Notes under the pieces: model-generated
What the model saw: the letters and a program-made list of their open reading frames with translations, nothing else
Databases searched by the model: none
What the model was told of the DNA's origin: nothing
Position numbers and translations under genes: made by a program
In this document: piece by piece, positions 36,001 through 37,402 of the stretch
Position numbering within the stretch: the stretch's first letter is position 1
Layout: each line of letters starts with the position of its first letter
DNA from: Diplonema japonicum
Taxonomy: Eukaryota; Protista; Euglenozoa: Diplonemea
Length of the DNA stretch: 64,000 nucleotides
Direction: 5' to 3'
Assembly: GCA_964019335.1 (NCBI GenBank)
Contig: OZ025710.1
Coordinates: forward strand, 372,001 to 436,000

Positions 36001-37402
36001 GAAGGGGTGCGCGCGCCACACGGACAGCAGAACCTGCTTCGGGAGCCCGGAGGAGAACTGCGACTGGTTCACCGGGGAGGACATGGGGACCGGCGGGGAG
36101 GCGGTGTGCGCGGAGAAGTGCCCCGAGAGGAAGACGGAGGGGGTGTGCACGAAGCAGGCGGGATGCGGCTGGGTGGACGCGAAGTGCGTGAAGCTCGAGT
36201 GCGCGGTGCACACGGAGGAGGGCCCGTGCGACGCGGACAGCAGGATCGGCGGGTGCGAGTGGAAGCCGGAGGAGAAGAAGTGCGTGCCGAAGAACCCCGG
36301 AGCCTGCATCATCCGCAAGGACCAGGCCTCGTGCACGGAGGGGAAGACGGGGACCGAGCTGAACAAGTGCAAGTGGGTGGAGGCGGGCGACAAGGACGCG
36401 GCGCCCGGGCAGAAGGACGGGGCGTGCATCGTGAACCCCAACCACGGGAAGTGCGGAGCGGACAACCTGGGCTGCTGCAAGTGCGTGCCCGGGTGGTCGG
36501 GCCCCGAGTGCAACATGTGCGGGTTCGAGGAGTCGACGGACAGGGAGACGTGCACGATGTGCAGCAGGGAGGGGACTTGCTCGAGCCACGGGAAGTGCGG
36601 GGAGGACAACCTGTGCGTGTGCGACGGCGGGTGGACCGGTGCGGACTGCAGCCTCCGAGGGTGCAAGGAGGCGACGGGCCCTTACTGGTACACGGCGTAC
36701 CCGAACCAGCCGCTCAAGGACCGCAGGTTCAACCTGATCATCCACGGTTGCTTCAACGCGAGCAGCACGAAGGACCGCACGGTGCGCGTGGTGAACGCGA
36801 CGACGGGGGACCCTGTCGAGGACTGCAAGCAGGCCTCGCTGCAGGAGTGCACGGTGACGGACACGAGCAGCGACGTGAAGAAGATCGGTGCGGGTGGCTG
36901 CGCGAAGGCGGTGCAGCACAACGCGTCGCTGGTGGAGCCCGTGGCGGAGATGGAGCTCCTGGTGGGGATGACGGCGACCTTCGAGGCGTCGAAGAGCGAG
37001 AACGAGTACACCGTGTGCTGGTTCGACGGGACCAGCTTCAAGCCGCTTGAGACGCACGACCGCGACGGGAACAGGAAGGACACCATCAAGGTCACCGCTG
37101 AGGCGGACGCCGACACCGGCCTCACCTCCGAGAGGGACAACAACGGCAACGGAGAGGAGTGCTGCGAGGGGTTGAAGCTCGGCGAAGCATGCCTCCCGGC
37201 CGCCCTCATCCTCGTCCTGTGGATCGTCATCGTCGCCCTCATCGCCTTCCTCGTCTTCGCCCTCGTCAAGAGCCAGAAGGAGAAGAGCGAGCTGGACGAC
37301 GGTTCCAAGAACAAGAAGTTCGACGACTTCGAGATGGAGGACGGCAACCGCACCATGCTCAGGGATGAGGATGGCGGCGACAAGAGCGGTGCTGTCAACT
37401 GA
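2..37402 (+). CDS. Giant (>=12,466 aa) Cys-rich type I transmembrane surface protein with 18 vWA domains, an EGF-like array, Ig-like domains and a C-type lectin domain; probably 5'-partial
   Basis: The ORF is stop-free for 37.4 kb with very strong G/C at codon position 3. It has 18 copies of CPx(L/M)D(V/I/L/A)hhhhDGSxS-like MIDAS strands, a hydrophobic helix near the C-terminus, and TGA at 37400-37402. No signal peptide follows the Met at the window edge, so the true start is probably upstream. Confidence 0.95.
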   Translation: MWATANTCVDNPCRTITDQQACTAVAMEMPSPCTAPRGNPDYCFLNVCEYDANKAPSCNPKKCLHTAEGECNAEDGCQWVPLATPAPTGPPSTLVEYCAEEKCKYTNTQQCNNDPYCKWDDQRSTCVEAKCPKHPDELTCDQDKVCHWDSSSSPPICGPTVCGVHTTQGACTANSGCMWEDSSNPAYCTAASCERYNVPNPNDKCGCVADPDCSWVADTTGSGNSHCAKTSFSTCPDMDVAFVVDGSGSMSRSFGNHPHGFYGLMETLRDWVRTLPLTGEDHTVGGNSNVKGGGFRLTFIQFSRAEATPAMDHPTNCAVGQCTDGLFSGNINELMGDIDWHEANYQGQWTYLHDALLDVADHAFLPTQSPPHRKHVVIIIADGGLTDYDGDACSAGTSCGQCPRGCDANWKPTYPGMLDDAQQKLRDEDVIVFGIVMRRFSYHTFQDDNAEAKLKPLVTDPKNDHFMNLMLDEIPGQVLEPFCDPNSKFGKALIPPVDAKHYQCATWGFKDECNADSLCEWTTPRLTTCSSTTGCPQLNCQGIPQQYKGLYDCSKCKLQRATVICGATVRSSISGTCEETHCAKCCDKKCCDADPACGWQTPGDVCVRNVCKYTDQNACVNDPDLLCKWDGSKCDPKPCGSIFVREKCLNSTADCQWDTSLDPPVCKQIPTCSTKDQASCKADPKCVWDCESTVCRDSKCTYPDMGTCSVDTDCEWTGSVCEEKKCTPAKTQADCKDCDSCTWDLTTTLCSQDKCKPLNQADCTASPVCHWDNNACVTDYCPQYGDDEAKCDHDPRCHWDPVQTPPSCQPTVCTTKHNTLYPGLGDTPTQMGTIDATACTNDPECKTGSDSKGPYCKSARCADHPTNCECVADPKCYWDPSVTPPAAKCKDNKVSNCPDLDVVFVLDGSGSMGARFGTHPHGYYGMLEMLRDWVRTLPLTGEDNTVGINSNVKGGTFRIAFVQFSIENEYWVCRNGADGCDRRKFRSCRMPRLPAGRTCSNGQLTGDLDELENDIDWHEENYMGSLTYMAAALDDAVDIFQRSPAHRAHVLVIITDGQMNPVEPQKSTLIPAIRRKLDAEGVVTFGVVVRKGTAHTQADIEAEETLKPVTSDDHDDHFVNVPLDDMLDEVFNDFCNPSGRFGAAIRQQAQNQNGGGGGSGGGTTKPPAQSGAVPCTKWGVKLECRSDQACEWKTPPPSSCSGNGCTNLNCLELPAAQVSAGMTCTNCKLSGGAISCTAGSSNPVGSGYCGSTKCEEHCEEVPCEQDTANNCFWDVDKCQRKVCKYPDKNACENDPDDMCMWDTTATPATCVPKKCLYFTQGTCNADNDCQWDPNTQACKEKDPDCTTIVDKLGCLNHVSGACDWDCDKNSCVMKVCDETTKQTCESAAAGCEWDAGSSGCHKKRCVGLNTENACISDGACVWTAPATCEESKCYKHASEATCNHDTDCHWDPTGCEGCKEKYCYTTFKDSTSCNADPKGQCMWDAGNNKCVDKDCDNYNNPAMGPDRMCDCQADPRCVVDRTDPSNPMCRDQHFTQCPDLDVVVAFDGSTSMNNRFGTHPNGFDGLMEALRDWVKALPLTGESAGTPSTDTNGRVRVGFSEWDQGVRLAECPQCACSPAVSTTGDGIPTISNMNTQGGNRPADNCGKLTGNRAQLLADLDWHEQENRRPQTLVKEAEEFAGEVFKESPANRKKILLIFTDGMIQDRGSLGPAGAVLAAEGVQTFGIVLTRGTPNFLDQLNLNALKEIVTDPVDSHALMMQIDDAHQVLDDFCNPNSVFGALITSGSGSSTPGKEPACDTIQGIPDCEARSTCQWNAITVACEDHPCFRHCKETDCVADTTNKCKFNSVTLQCDKTVCKDLTTQQTCADKGCTWDATQTPPCIDGPCPATDRSTCNNLGPQCTWDPALQPPKCVETPCFHANKTDCVADTPDCEWDEACADPVDQKCVPKRCSQPDHATQAGCVKDTWCVWTNTLTCELGKCAKYPTEKCCDHDDGCHWDITQTPPVCGEKYCPKTYPTVGTKDQCDADSKCMWDSGKLACVEEDCSKLDKCPCRAHPDCYWDAAHNKCTDQKYGECPTMDVIMLMDGSGSMDAWFGNHPHGFYGLVEILRDWAKTLPLTGEKAGTNTGPGPATGGLRLGFVQFSGQNPWWFISGRSEAIQTPDGRNKVGTGGHLSGDLSEINDDLDWHEANYMGDGTMIEKGLVMVGDMFDASHQHAVRPRVLIIFTDGQIYDPNSLAPARAVLDQEDVQTFGIVIRKQQAHTKADVDAEATLKPITSDAHDDHFQNLMLDEISTKVLGDICDPNGKFGHLIVTTPPSQQAGVHAPCPHHSDAHLCNADPGCEWHAASAACSDSPCIAHCDEQSCVKDLANLCKWNGTECWKETKCAYTDQTSCVSSPDLCVWDKTGKCVLPPCTPNKNQADCDADQDGCAWVNQNGQDVCIVDPCSSPFQSVCLSDPACKWDYPLCGNTTKLQCMSRGCDYFSKKGDCDADVHCVWDAPGATCKDRVCAQFRDERCCDKDASCKWDITTNPAVCNQKKCPAIQAQQKCDEQSDCMWNTTANPQYCTDLDCSKFPTMCPCNQHSKCYWKPGAGISGTGACVAIQFGECPTLDIVLVLDGSGSMSARFGNHPHGFDALMEMMRDWIETLPLNGEAASVGINSKKDNGGVRVGMVQFSGQNYRRSQARKTPGRTGTAGRLSGVLQELEDDVDWHEDNYMGQGTMIEQGLTMAADMFHASPVDGRQRVLFVFTDGQIYDPNSLGTARAELDREGVQVFGIVVRKATKHTKADLDAEKTLKPITSDPHDDHFKNVMIDEVPDLMGGICDPNGPWGHLIVKNPPQPSSGVHLPCPDYQTQGTCKKDPGCIWSDVGAVCLNSPCLLHCSDSACQADPNNNCTWVNGSICTNAPDPNCDCHYATGDPVYNEKMCKADAMCQWNAASKACEHDQCATGQAGNLSCGAVNQLCNDPDPTPCTDDWTCECVPPAVRDPATQPGQGPAVCVLDECVADCPTCAKTTCSDKMQTCHDPNPTTTSLSDWTCTCPPPYTGVAVANAATCQIDECVEDCPTCSKGTCKAKNQTCHDPDTTTLSDWTCTCPPPSTQSAVTSAVLSCDFDECTIHKDTCENADQTCIDPSPSVTGDWTCNCKPPTNGSATAQVAWCELDECVKACPSCANTTCTAENQLCDDPNKAAHSTGDWTCTCVDPFSGQATAAAAVCKLDECAPTCTGPTCAKTTCSDGNQTCHDPDFTKLSDWTCSCPPPSTQNPVVGGLVPNCEVDECTLHGTTCTNQKQTCEDPNKLVPDDWMCKCVPPMNGSATAQPAHCTLDECAKDCTGPTCANDTCSTVGQTCEDPDISSTSTLDWTCTCPAPYTGVAIANQATCVLDECAVNCTGPTCAGTTCSAVNQTCHDPDTSTLSDWTCTCPPPSKKPPQTGAAVMGCDEDECDKMKDICLNVGQTCEDPNKLVPDDWMCKCKPPMNGSATAQPAHCTLDECAKDCTGPTCANDTCSTVGQTCEDPDISSTSTNDWTCTCPAPYTGVAIANQAICRIDECVETCATCADNACSNASQICNDPDTSKLSDWTCSCPPPAQKPPQVGGPVAPSCDVDECDLHKDTCVNHAQDCVDPNPGKVGDWECRCKPPMNGSATAQPAECTIDECVADCATCSKGKCTGAGQTCDDPNTASTSLSDWTCTCPPPSTGTAVANVAECVIDECVEDCATCSKGTCSKEGQTCHDPNIASSSLSDWICTCPPPSTGTATAQAASPCVVDECKVPDNEKKCADAGQVCVDPNPTLSSRNDWECRCVVPPAIKVKSAVMTPADCEYPGECMTDPEAKKCTDAGHICDDPNTSPGSTGDWVCICTPPSTGANATASSNVMCETDECKVVCPTCAQTATSPANVCEQEGQECEDPDKTAFGDWQCKCPSPWTGTPMTGAPANCSLDECVVQNCPTCAKTTCSDKMQTCDDPNTGVHSVNDWTCTCPPPAVGSATAKAATCVCDECQEPTQQCAGAKQLCFDPNTDCSNKGDYVCECKAPFTGVATAQPATCEVDECIEKGATCTAVGQICDDPDKTKLDDWQCKCKPPSTGLGVTKPAAQCNLDECVVQACPTCANTTCSDADQTCEDPNTDASSTMDWVCTCKPPAAMNSATAKPATCVCDECATDTVCAGANQTCFDANKVCNTPPDFECECEPPMIGKGATVPAVCSLDECELHSATCLAQQQECFDPDLAKVGDWECLCKPPMTGSATAMPAECVYDECVLNCSTCANKTCSDANQECEDPNTSPASTSDWECKCPPPSNHTATGKPAICDLDECKDPKKAGQCTENCDPGTLDCGQTCYDPNPTVGSEDDWECQCPPPSTQKTTAGPVMHCEYDECKEKEAVCLAEGQTCHDPDTRTLNTWMCICTLPSTGNATVRPARCLLDECKVQNCPTCANDTCSAVGQECEDPDTVATSTNDWICKCPPPSTHQATAKPAVCEVDECDDPLNNCTANCVTPNTPNCEQTCFDPNTAPASLGDWVCNCPPPTTGKATAQAAMCTVDECVEHGATCTAEGQTCRDTNTSRLNDWECLCKDPAKGSATATAAKCVLDECVENCDTCSKNTCKDEGQTCFDPNTDPASKSDWTCTCPLPSTNSATAKAASCGVDECEKNGWKCTADCTGVLNCAQTCFDPNTTSSSLGDWRCVCQPPSTDFAVAKAAICTVEPCVHDNEPACEQDPDGCEWALLPTPTCKPIPCQHTKEAECLKDTGCEWLVYSGASTTTGTGAISYEVLVPLKPFPAATCDASCACASKTAVYIRVGDGYVNGKDSLTCGACSTTAGVTVDWKEADGSLTVSGVSGDKLAEIVASVVFTTSSKDGAKRHVTWNFGTALDAAAAATACGGVVDLVGGVCVTEKCDYTTNPTCEADPYCDWVGGTTDPCVIAPCVLYPNEKECSKDPDCRYDVGTSPALCKEKPCRAFKGPVECNAEDECMWDGTNTKCVEKECSKFNDDRCQCHAEDRCYWDVRATVPKCVESKFGQCPVLDVVLLLDGSGSMSEAFGRHPQGFYAMMEMIRDWAKTLPLTGEDHTVGKASTAPNGGLRMGLIQFSGPIPEAVKTPLGVGSGGSLTGDLAELQADIDWHEANYIQGSTFIATGLNWAGAMFQFSPSTRKRVLIIVTDGAIKDTASLAPAKAVLTAEGVQIFGVVLRKAAVHTKLDIDAEATLKPITSDPQDDHFLNVLIDEMPDQVLNGICDPNSKWGQILMPSSGAGGEDQAGMHKPCPQHLEQALCTADPGCVWSGVGLSCVDSPCVAHCDEPKCTADTLNHCGWKVVNGTTEASCWVETVCAYSDEVTCEKDEQCDWDTKKSPADCVERPCNQVSETECEADPKGCEWIAATSTCVVEPCKHPAKDDCASDAACEWDDCAGVAGGGACQKKSCDSAVFTDEVSCTKDTRCQWVSVGGAANNFTCSQEPCAIHSGERCCDAEADCHWDISVAPAQCSLKYCAKMNKDQPKCDSDSQCVYENNKCVEKECGKLAECECRKDTDCYWNGDKAFCVPTQFGQCPTLDLVLLIDGSGSMSQSFGRHPHGFDAMMEMIRDWVTTLPLSGEKGSVGTSSQANSGKVRIGIIQFSGQNARGADPGRADAQATPAGTGSSGSLTGDLVELNADIDWQENNYYGGGTMIAKGLNDVAEMFHASPNDGRQRVLIIITDGQIFDPSSLSQARGELDKEKVKVFGVVVRRAAAHTPVDDLAEQTLKPIVSVPQDDHFQNLMIDEVPTMVLGDICDPNGKFGKLVVGANQSSSTGVHKPCKQHVLMGECNADAGCVWYDATLSCADTPCMQHCAEPECTADTANKCAWDTAKALCQKEPEVGCDSLSLPECPKNPACEISKDNSTCVDKKCVHDTEQGCVADPDKCVWNNIDQTCVEQPCNYPEEPTCEGDAMCDWNSGNNSVSYSQGMKMFPLKGLTCDASTTTCPGKCGAKVGGASVSINSEDYVKGKDTLECAECPALGMKTEWSAATGSIVLTPMDGQDRDLTEFAAALSKVSFRTSSSAGKARSITWNYGEGVFDGRTGHYYRYYASAAACQVAGGASAAGCTWEDAKQACAGKTFLGTTGYLLTVNTAAETAVARGKIGAEGWMGATGANGAWTWSTGPETGNPVSSYDNWMSGEPSSPNGNAYFSPNGEWSSVATGSTTKGVFGYACEWGTTSEPACIGSVGTVLVSSGGCVEKKCTATSRTECVADPYCDWIVDTTTCVQKPCTEVMEELPCNRREGCHWSPSISPAMCVEEPCAKLKDTPTCNADSDCMWDDGKKTCVNKNCNDITKCLCVQDPKCFWKASGTGGSCMKNGYGQCPTLDVVVLVDGSQSMSQSFGHHPQGFYALMEMLGDWMQGLPLNGEAASVGSASKADTGKVRVAVVQFSGRPQFFSPPNTWSGPIIDSVAVSPVGVGTAGRLSGASTELKADVDWHESNYLEAGTYVAKGLKRAASIFTTSSPVDGRQRVLIVITDGMIQDAGTDKDIMVQARQELDGLSVQTFGIVVRRFSQHTQTDIDAEATLKPIVSLPQDEHFMNLQIDEIPDKALNGLCDPNGPWGHLVTPKTTTTTTTTHVHQPCANYIAKTTCVADRGCSWSDVLTSCLESACVEHCDEAACKAEPSVKCAWDGTLEECFKEEVCKYPDQTNCDNDAECKWDGVKCVEKPCDYPDEASCIADSTYDCVWSTVTKKCTEKPCNYNNTADCTADTGCMWEATCKKPEDQMCIVKPCLFTNETACKEDVMCAWTSGATCEVATCAHNPDEKCCNAQDGCHWDVKQAPAVCSELPCRKLKAEGTCDADRDCMWEGGSSTCLEKQCGKYTTKCPCEADPDCFYVAGPNHCTFQRYGTCPTLDVVVLLDGGVSSGRKFGRHPQGYYAMVEVVRDWARTLPLSGDAAGTATPSNNKAVRLGVVQFAGSSLWPAGDAKQALSSTGAGTSEGRLTGTLSEIEKDLTFQEDNFMGANAARQPAPQTTYLLAGMLKASSLFRTSPVDGRKRVLIVIADSPLDDKDKYQTVMAELAAAQVQVFAAAVRPFSAQSPDDLQAEADLREIVADPKAGHLASVEVDQLSTYLNGLCDPNAAWGKFVGSTTTDREPCNLHAEKNLCNKDAGCVWFDTTLSCGDSPCLTHCAEPECTADAPNKCVWNGGSCEKEQICKYPGNAAACEADPECTVDKQGTCIGKKCKHDNEQGCVVDPDMCVWNNIAQTCGEKPCDYDNLDQCVLDLDCEWKPLTPECVPKLCTYKNQTACETTEPGLCEWKANTCVPKPCKEYLNELECKQDDMCDWATECEPKYCERYAGAENACNGDGLCMWDQTSSRCVDKECGSFQNDTCRCHKDADCFWDKGVCKTAKFGECPTLDIVLAVDGSASMTQTFGRHPHGFYGLMEVLKTWTSRLTLSGEKAGAPTSLSGKTRVGIVQFSGKPAIKIPGTDLVDGAQKTPTGTGSGGRLSGDKAEVGADLAWQETNFMEGGTYIAAALDASADMFLASPKDGRKRVLLIFTDGQIQDADKLVDARKRLELEQVITFGIVVRRFDAHTQTDIDAEATLKPITSEPHAEHYYNLLLDEISDTLDGLCDPNSMWGKYIVDTAQAGVHKPCGNYNEKDSCNMDVGCVFRDVLAACVDTPCIKHCAEGLCTADTTNKCFWKADESVCYKEEGCSKHTAENACSTDLTCAWREMKCVDKPCNYPDENSCTADSTYDCEWSSKDGSCTEKPCQHTEEVPCSTDPKCLWDTACVATGIPAICVRKPCDYSTSANCAADAQCRWSGSVCEVKACAPFADERCCNANEESEGCHWDVKQSPAICSVGPCREYNETTCNSERSCMWEGANTRCVEKDCNKMPDKCACEADPDCFFSTAPGKQHCTFQRYGTCPTLDVVVLLDGGVSSGRKFGRHPQGYYAMAEVVRDWAQTLPLSGEAAGATPTANSQAVRLAVVQFAGSESWAPSDSRQALSPTGAGTSEGRFTGSLSEIEKDLTFQEANFMGASLLTQPAPQTTYLLAGLQKSVSLFRTSPVDGRKRVLVIMTDGELDDKDEYQTARAELDQAQVQVFGVVVRPFDTHTALDEKAQQTLQPLVSDPKTGHIANVEVDEVATLLNGLCDPNAAWGKFVGVVAGGRQPCKLHSGKDVCNKDAGCVWFDATLSCADSPCLEHCGDAECTADTVNLCVWSAGTSSCGKKEVCNYPAEPACKGDTECEWKNNVCIGKECKHDNEQGCLADPAVCVWDNLKQDCKKKPCVYDNMDSCNLDQECQWNVDAVQCEVKRCNYMDKPACETTEPGMCLWDAGNNKCVPAPCKQYVNEKLCVADDNCEWSTDIAPGNCDVKYCRKYCDMATSICDEDECNQDPACMTDPVTSICKKKECGMLRNQCDCRKEPDCFWLSGDKTCVDQKYGTCPTLDLVVVFDGSASMSQVFGRHPHGFYGMVEMLRAWVNGLPLSGEKAGAPVTTTPASRKIRVAFVQFSGVATAPLTKTAIAGSATKTPAGVGTAGRLSGDFAELSADLDWHEANYMEKGTYVNLGLQMAASILQSSPTDGRRRAVYIITDGQLQDQAYLEEAKAKLDAVSAEVFGIVVRRFASHTKVDTDAEEALKPVTSSPHDKHFLNVDMDELASSTGPLTQLCDPATAFGSLLAMGAAGGKHQPCNAYTTKRNCVNDVGCAWNQLSCGTSPCVMHCDEAACNKDVVNDCVNGWDSTDETCYRKEVCGATTQNPCELETGCMWDAAKSECVGEPCYHESEDGCLADTEFVCEWKNSKCVVKPCVMYTEQSKCTGDCEWNTTASECTPVKCIPHVKRDECKADVLCQWEEGASKCVVRPCVEYADDMTCDADKKCHWDTSAAPGSCQLKPCARYENETTCGLDTGCKWDGGEQACVEKTCHSIPTKCECQQDATCFWSTAGGRARCEEQVFGKCPTLDAVLVLDGSGSMNQAFGRHPHGFYAMMEMVRDWVKTLPLSGELSSVGSNSAPSTGGVRLGLVQFSGEPNSVNPATGGVVNSAQRTPPAVGSGGRLSGDLSQLEGDITWHEGNYMAQLTFIEEGLNMAADMLTNDSPLDGRRRIVIIITDGVLMDGDRLTAARAKLQQLQVITFGIAVRRFNAHSAADDAAEAALKPVVSEKADDHFMSLTMDEIPTEVLNGLCDPDSKWGKFVSATGGGSAGTGDGVVPCVQLDGKITCNRNTGCVWSDTTLSCGATPCYDHCDQASCEADVDNHCEYTVATQGCSKKFPCSYTQAADCSRDAECMWNATGCVEKPCKHEDEEPCLLDTEGCVWDSVEKECTPEPCMRQTTKVGCDDLADICVWDENGQNGAVCKPKRCVSCSPGNQTCCEAPENRLWCDYTASQTCVEKPCVGYVDELSCSSATESQCEWDPTTSPGMCKEKYCAKFNETTCDLEPACAWDFGTCDTKRCENVHEHCACTTDPGCFWHDGTCVDVHYGACPTMDIVVLLDGSSSMTQSFGRHPNGYFALIEMIKDWVYLLPLPGDVGAAGKDPTLYPAGSARVAIVQFSGDKNLAGANSALVSTDGAKGRLSGYVPELRQDLSFQEHTHMAKDTFLFDALEMAAGLLSGPAYPIDGRKKIALVLLGSPVMDESMLAGPLGKMKAADVHLVGIVVRRSSSHVTLDNDAEASLQPIVTEPKAAHFVNIAIDDLKVEVFDKWCNPSTRWGSWLVDLKTTDSHLPCSFHGGSAECNRDSGCMWDEGLVACTVTPCLQYCSKNLCVDLSDPSYRCQFNTSGDSTCTKEKVCAHTGEQVCMGDYECVWMNNRCEPRPCQHHTEPACVSDLSGCDWTSEKKCVVKECTYTTPSECTDPQRECTWDQTASKCGPKMCAYPKEDECTNDPKCDWKTSKCEKRRCVEHLEEGSCLTEAGCEWEVNSSPAYCKETYCSRWTAEGDCTLDAACAWDGSLCVPSMCTRNDGKPCECADDPSCFWVESRKACVEAAFGACPPLDIVVLFDGTTPMEWGFGRHPNGFDALMEMMKDWVKSLPLNQDSYIVPKASAKTDGMRVAFVQIGSSVQQMLVTSPTNPSTPSAAGLLSGNENQLLGDLAFHSANMLGGSSANGRYMEKAVQHAQSILSSQSPTTRKQVVLMLTSGKVSDEDKLKLAMATLDPTVQVFGVTLRRLSTRTVEDNAAADQLKTLVSVTHAEHFLDLEIDDLHEKVLTALCDKTKTFGKAMLKGEAASAVGVNRPCATYSVAGECRTDTGCTWSESLLQCTVHPCRSHGCEQGACASDARCEWSTAEGTCFKNPPVCPAQTTQPSCEATNECVWTMVDVNIYRCVEKPCVSHTAEDSCITDPNVCEWDSKASTCTKKACTYATEPECAAAPELCEWSVDHCKKKRCTAADQATCVLDDACEFDTVCKFKKCRQHDDEQTCDHDYECHWDVSEAPAKCDVKVCLRYKSEGACETDPQLRCSWDATNSKCADKDCSKITTPCPCNKDLGCFWDTTSGASGNGACVSGSFGGCPLMDVVVLVDGTTSMRSAFGRHGSGYQAVMEFLRDWAKTLPLTGDSGKVVGSAKIGSGVRVGVVQFAAKGRATKTGPSVGSGGHVTGKLSEFSADLDYQEAKMIDTNEAYIAGALQLAQAMFTRPERKKVLLVVSDSIILDAGRAEVNSAVSELFGAGVKVFGVLLRPAAAFPSTAGDARDAMLNVLSDVRDEHFLDAQMEDLKTILDTLCDPSQQFGRLISSAEGGGAGALKPKQPCPMYFEKNGCNKDAACRWSASLLVCSDSACVRHCDEDVCKADTSNLCEWDGAICYKKRICDHPMDTCSTDPGCEWKAAESTCVEKECQHQAESGCLSDPIGCVWDSRSDHCNPRPCTYTTEDSCKLDKACKWDAEIAGTQAWASCVEKPCTTTNPTECLKDDRRCMWEANTCTVKPCVQHPDEKTCDHDEACHWDVKESPTICSEKYCRKMKSEGLCNDDSKCKWSSADNLCKEVVCSDLTEQCACNEQDICSWDTKNSVCKTEDFGGCPSMDVAVVFDGSGSMSQSFGRHPHGFYAMVESLRDWFKTLPLTKEPAGTVGTQTPTPGVRVGLIQFSAPNSALKTPPGTGTGGRFSGALAELSEDLDWHETNYAMQQTYISEALEYAGLMFQSSAASGRAKILLILTDGKIHDASQLGAARAVLDGQGVETFGVVLRRFATHTQTDIDAEQVLSTIVSEPREDHYMNIPLDDFSESVLKDFCNPNSKFGKIILAYQGATGAGHVPCGSYREAATCWKDGLCSWSDADVVCQWSSCHKHCNMDICVSNSDEQGKKCAWTAGQCERVVECKATTENECRAQECYWDTMAVPVCIGMPCTATSEDGCVADPHGCEWDDVSAVCKIKECNDETQAPCDAKANCKWDGEIDQCVERPCVPYKDQAVCEKHSFDCKWEGGVCTVIDGCVPHTNEKECNTDASGDCEWKTAHSPAHCGVKACRKYGTEGDCEATDKGAQDGCAWDSGKMKCDEGVTLCKGETDPCLCGKTPGCTWDAKTTKCEASMYANCPAVDLVVVVDGSLSMGERFGRHPHGFFAVTEMVLDASKALPLTGEAAGVASDASLSSGFRVGVVQFSAQGEAMKAPKGTGTEGRLSGVLAEIDTDVHWHEGEFTSHATDASYLTQAMEMAAKMFESSPADRKKVLIVVADGEIPDAEAPSMVTVSGFLEQQRVQVFSVHVRKYSVSSPQDEADRAKMEAFATSPSSSHTVDVTMAELEGVFENLCNENSTFGYFLSKHGESVHKSSCSEWAMPAGCETDSMCMWSMVKESCAASPCRQHCAQAACEADIPNMCGWDGASCSRKVCTYPQENTCNAVQGCRWSTGVTGVEECKPEVGCPAKYAKDLCVTDGNCKWDASDNECKERHGCVVYTSLPECNADGECAWNTATSQCEDKTGCAVHIEEKTCTPDLDCLWDTAKAVCVEKNCAYYKDLTACEAPEVGGACKWNTTDGKCVEVEGCASHNADPASARASCNDDILCKWTAADECVDKTGCSRYTTEVVCDRNEDESGVQCAWNGTTCEQAKGCARHTDSRTCFGSPEENCDWFTGEDMGTGGEAVCAEKCPERKTEGVCTKQAGCGWVDAKCVKLECAVHTEEGPCDADSRIGGCEWKPEEKKCVPKNPGACIIRKDQASCTEGKTGTELNKCKWVEAGDKDAAPGQKDGACIVNPNHGKCGADNLGCCKCVPGWSGPECNMCGFEESTDRETCTMCSREGTCSSHGKCGEDNLCVCDGGWTGADCSLRGCKEATGPYWYTAYPNQPLKDRRFNLIIHGCFNASSTKDRTVRVVNATTGDPVEDCKQASLQECTVTDTSSDVKKIGAGGCAKAVQHNASLVEPVAEMELLVGMTATFEASKSENEYTVCWFDGTSFKPLETHDRDGNRKDTIKVTAEADADTGLTSERDNNGNGEECCEGLKLGEACLPAALILVLWIVIVALIAFLVFALVKSQKEKSELDDGSKNKKFDDFEMEDGNRTMLRDEDGGDKSGAVN
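704..8500 (+). repeat. vWA + Cys/Trp-module array, units 1-5 of the giant protein
   Basis: vWA domains start at about 704, 2690, 4610, 6227 and 7823 (DGSGS or DGSTS, later TDG/ADG). They are separated by runs of roughly 25-30 aa C..C..D..CxW....C modules. Confidence 0.9.
8831..14100 (+). repeat. Tandem array of about 32 calcium-binding-EGF-like repeats (about 49-60 aa each)
   Basis: The consensus is xDEC...C...QxCxDP...DWxCxCxPP..G.A...A.C. I counted 32 DEC/DQC/GEC starts. A near-exact DNA duplication at 9871 vs 10366 has an offset of 495 nt, equal to 3 modules. Confidence 0.85.
14252..14665 (+). other. Ig/cadherin-like beta domain resembling bacterial adhesin modules, copy 1 (no lectin)
   Basis: The sequence AVYIRVGDGYVNGKDSL...VDWKEADGSLTVSG...VVFTTSS...RHVTWNFG is clearly homologous to the copy at 17790-18130. 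Confidence 0.6.
17790..18615 (+). other. Ig-like domain copy 2 with an inserted C-type lectin-like domain (about 18158-18559)
   Basis: GHYY..TWEDAKQAC..GYLLTVNTAAE..GWMGA..WTW.TGPE..YDNWMSGEPS..W..GYACEWG are CTLD hallmarks of the bacterial-type subfamily. Confidence 0.8.
19739..19762 (+). repeat. (ACA)8 microsatellite encoding a poly-Thr linker
   Basis: An in-frame acaacaaca run encodes KTTTTTTTTH. It is conspicuous in a gene that otherwise avoids A-ending codons. Confidence 0.9.
36440..37402 (+). other. Membrane-proximal region: two tenascin-type EGF modules, a beta-rich domain, a TM helix (37205-37267) and an acidic cytoplasmic tail of about 44 aa
   Basis: EGF module CSSHGKCGEDNLCVCDGGWTGADC. 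TM helix LILVLWIVIVALIAFLVFALV, followed by KSQKEK (positive-inside) and a D/E-rich tail. Confidence 0.85.
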
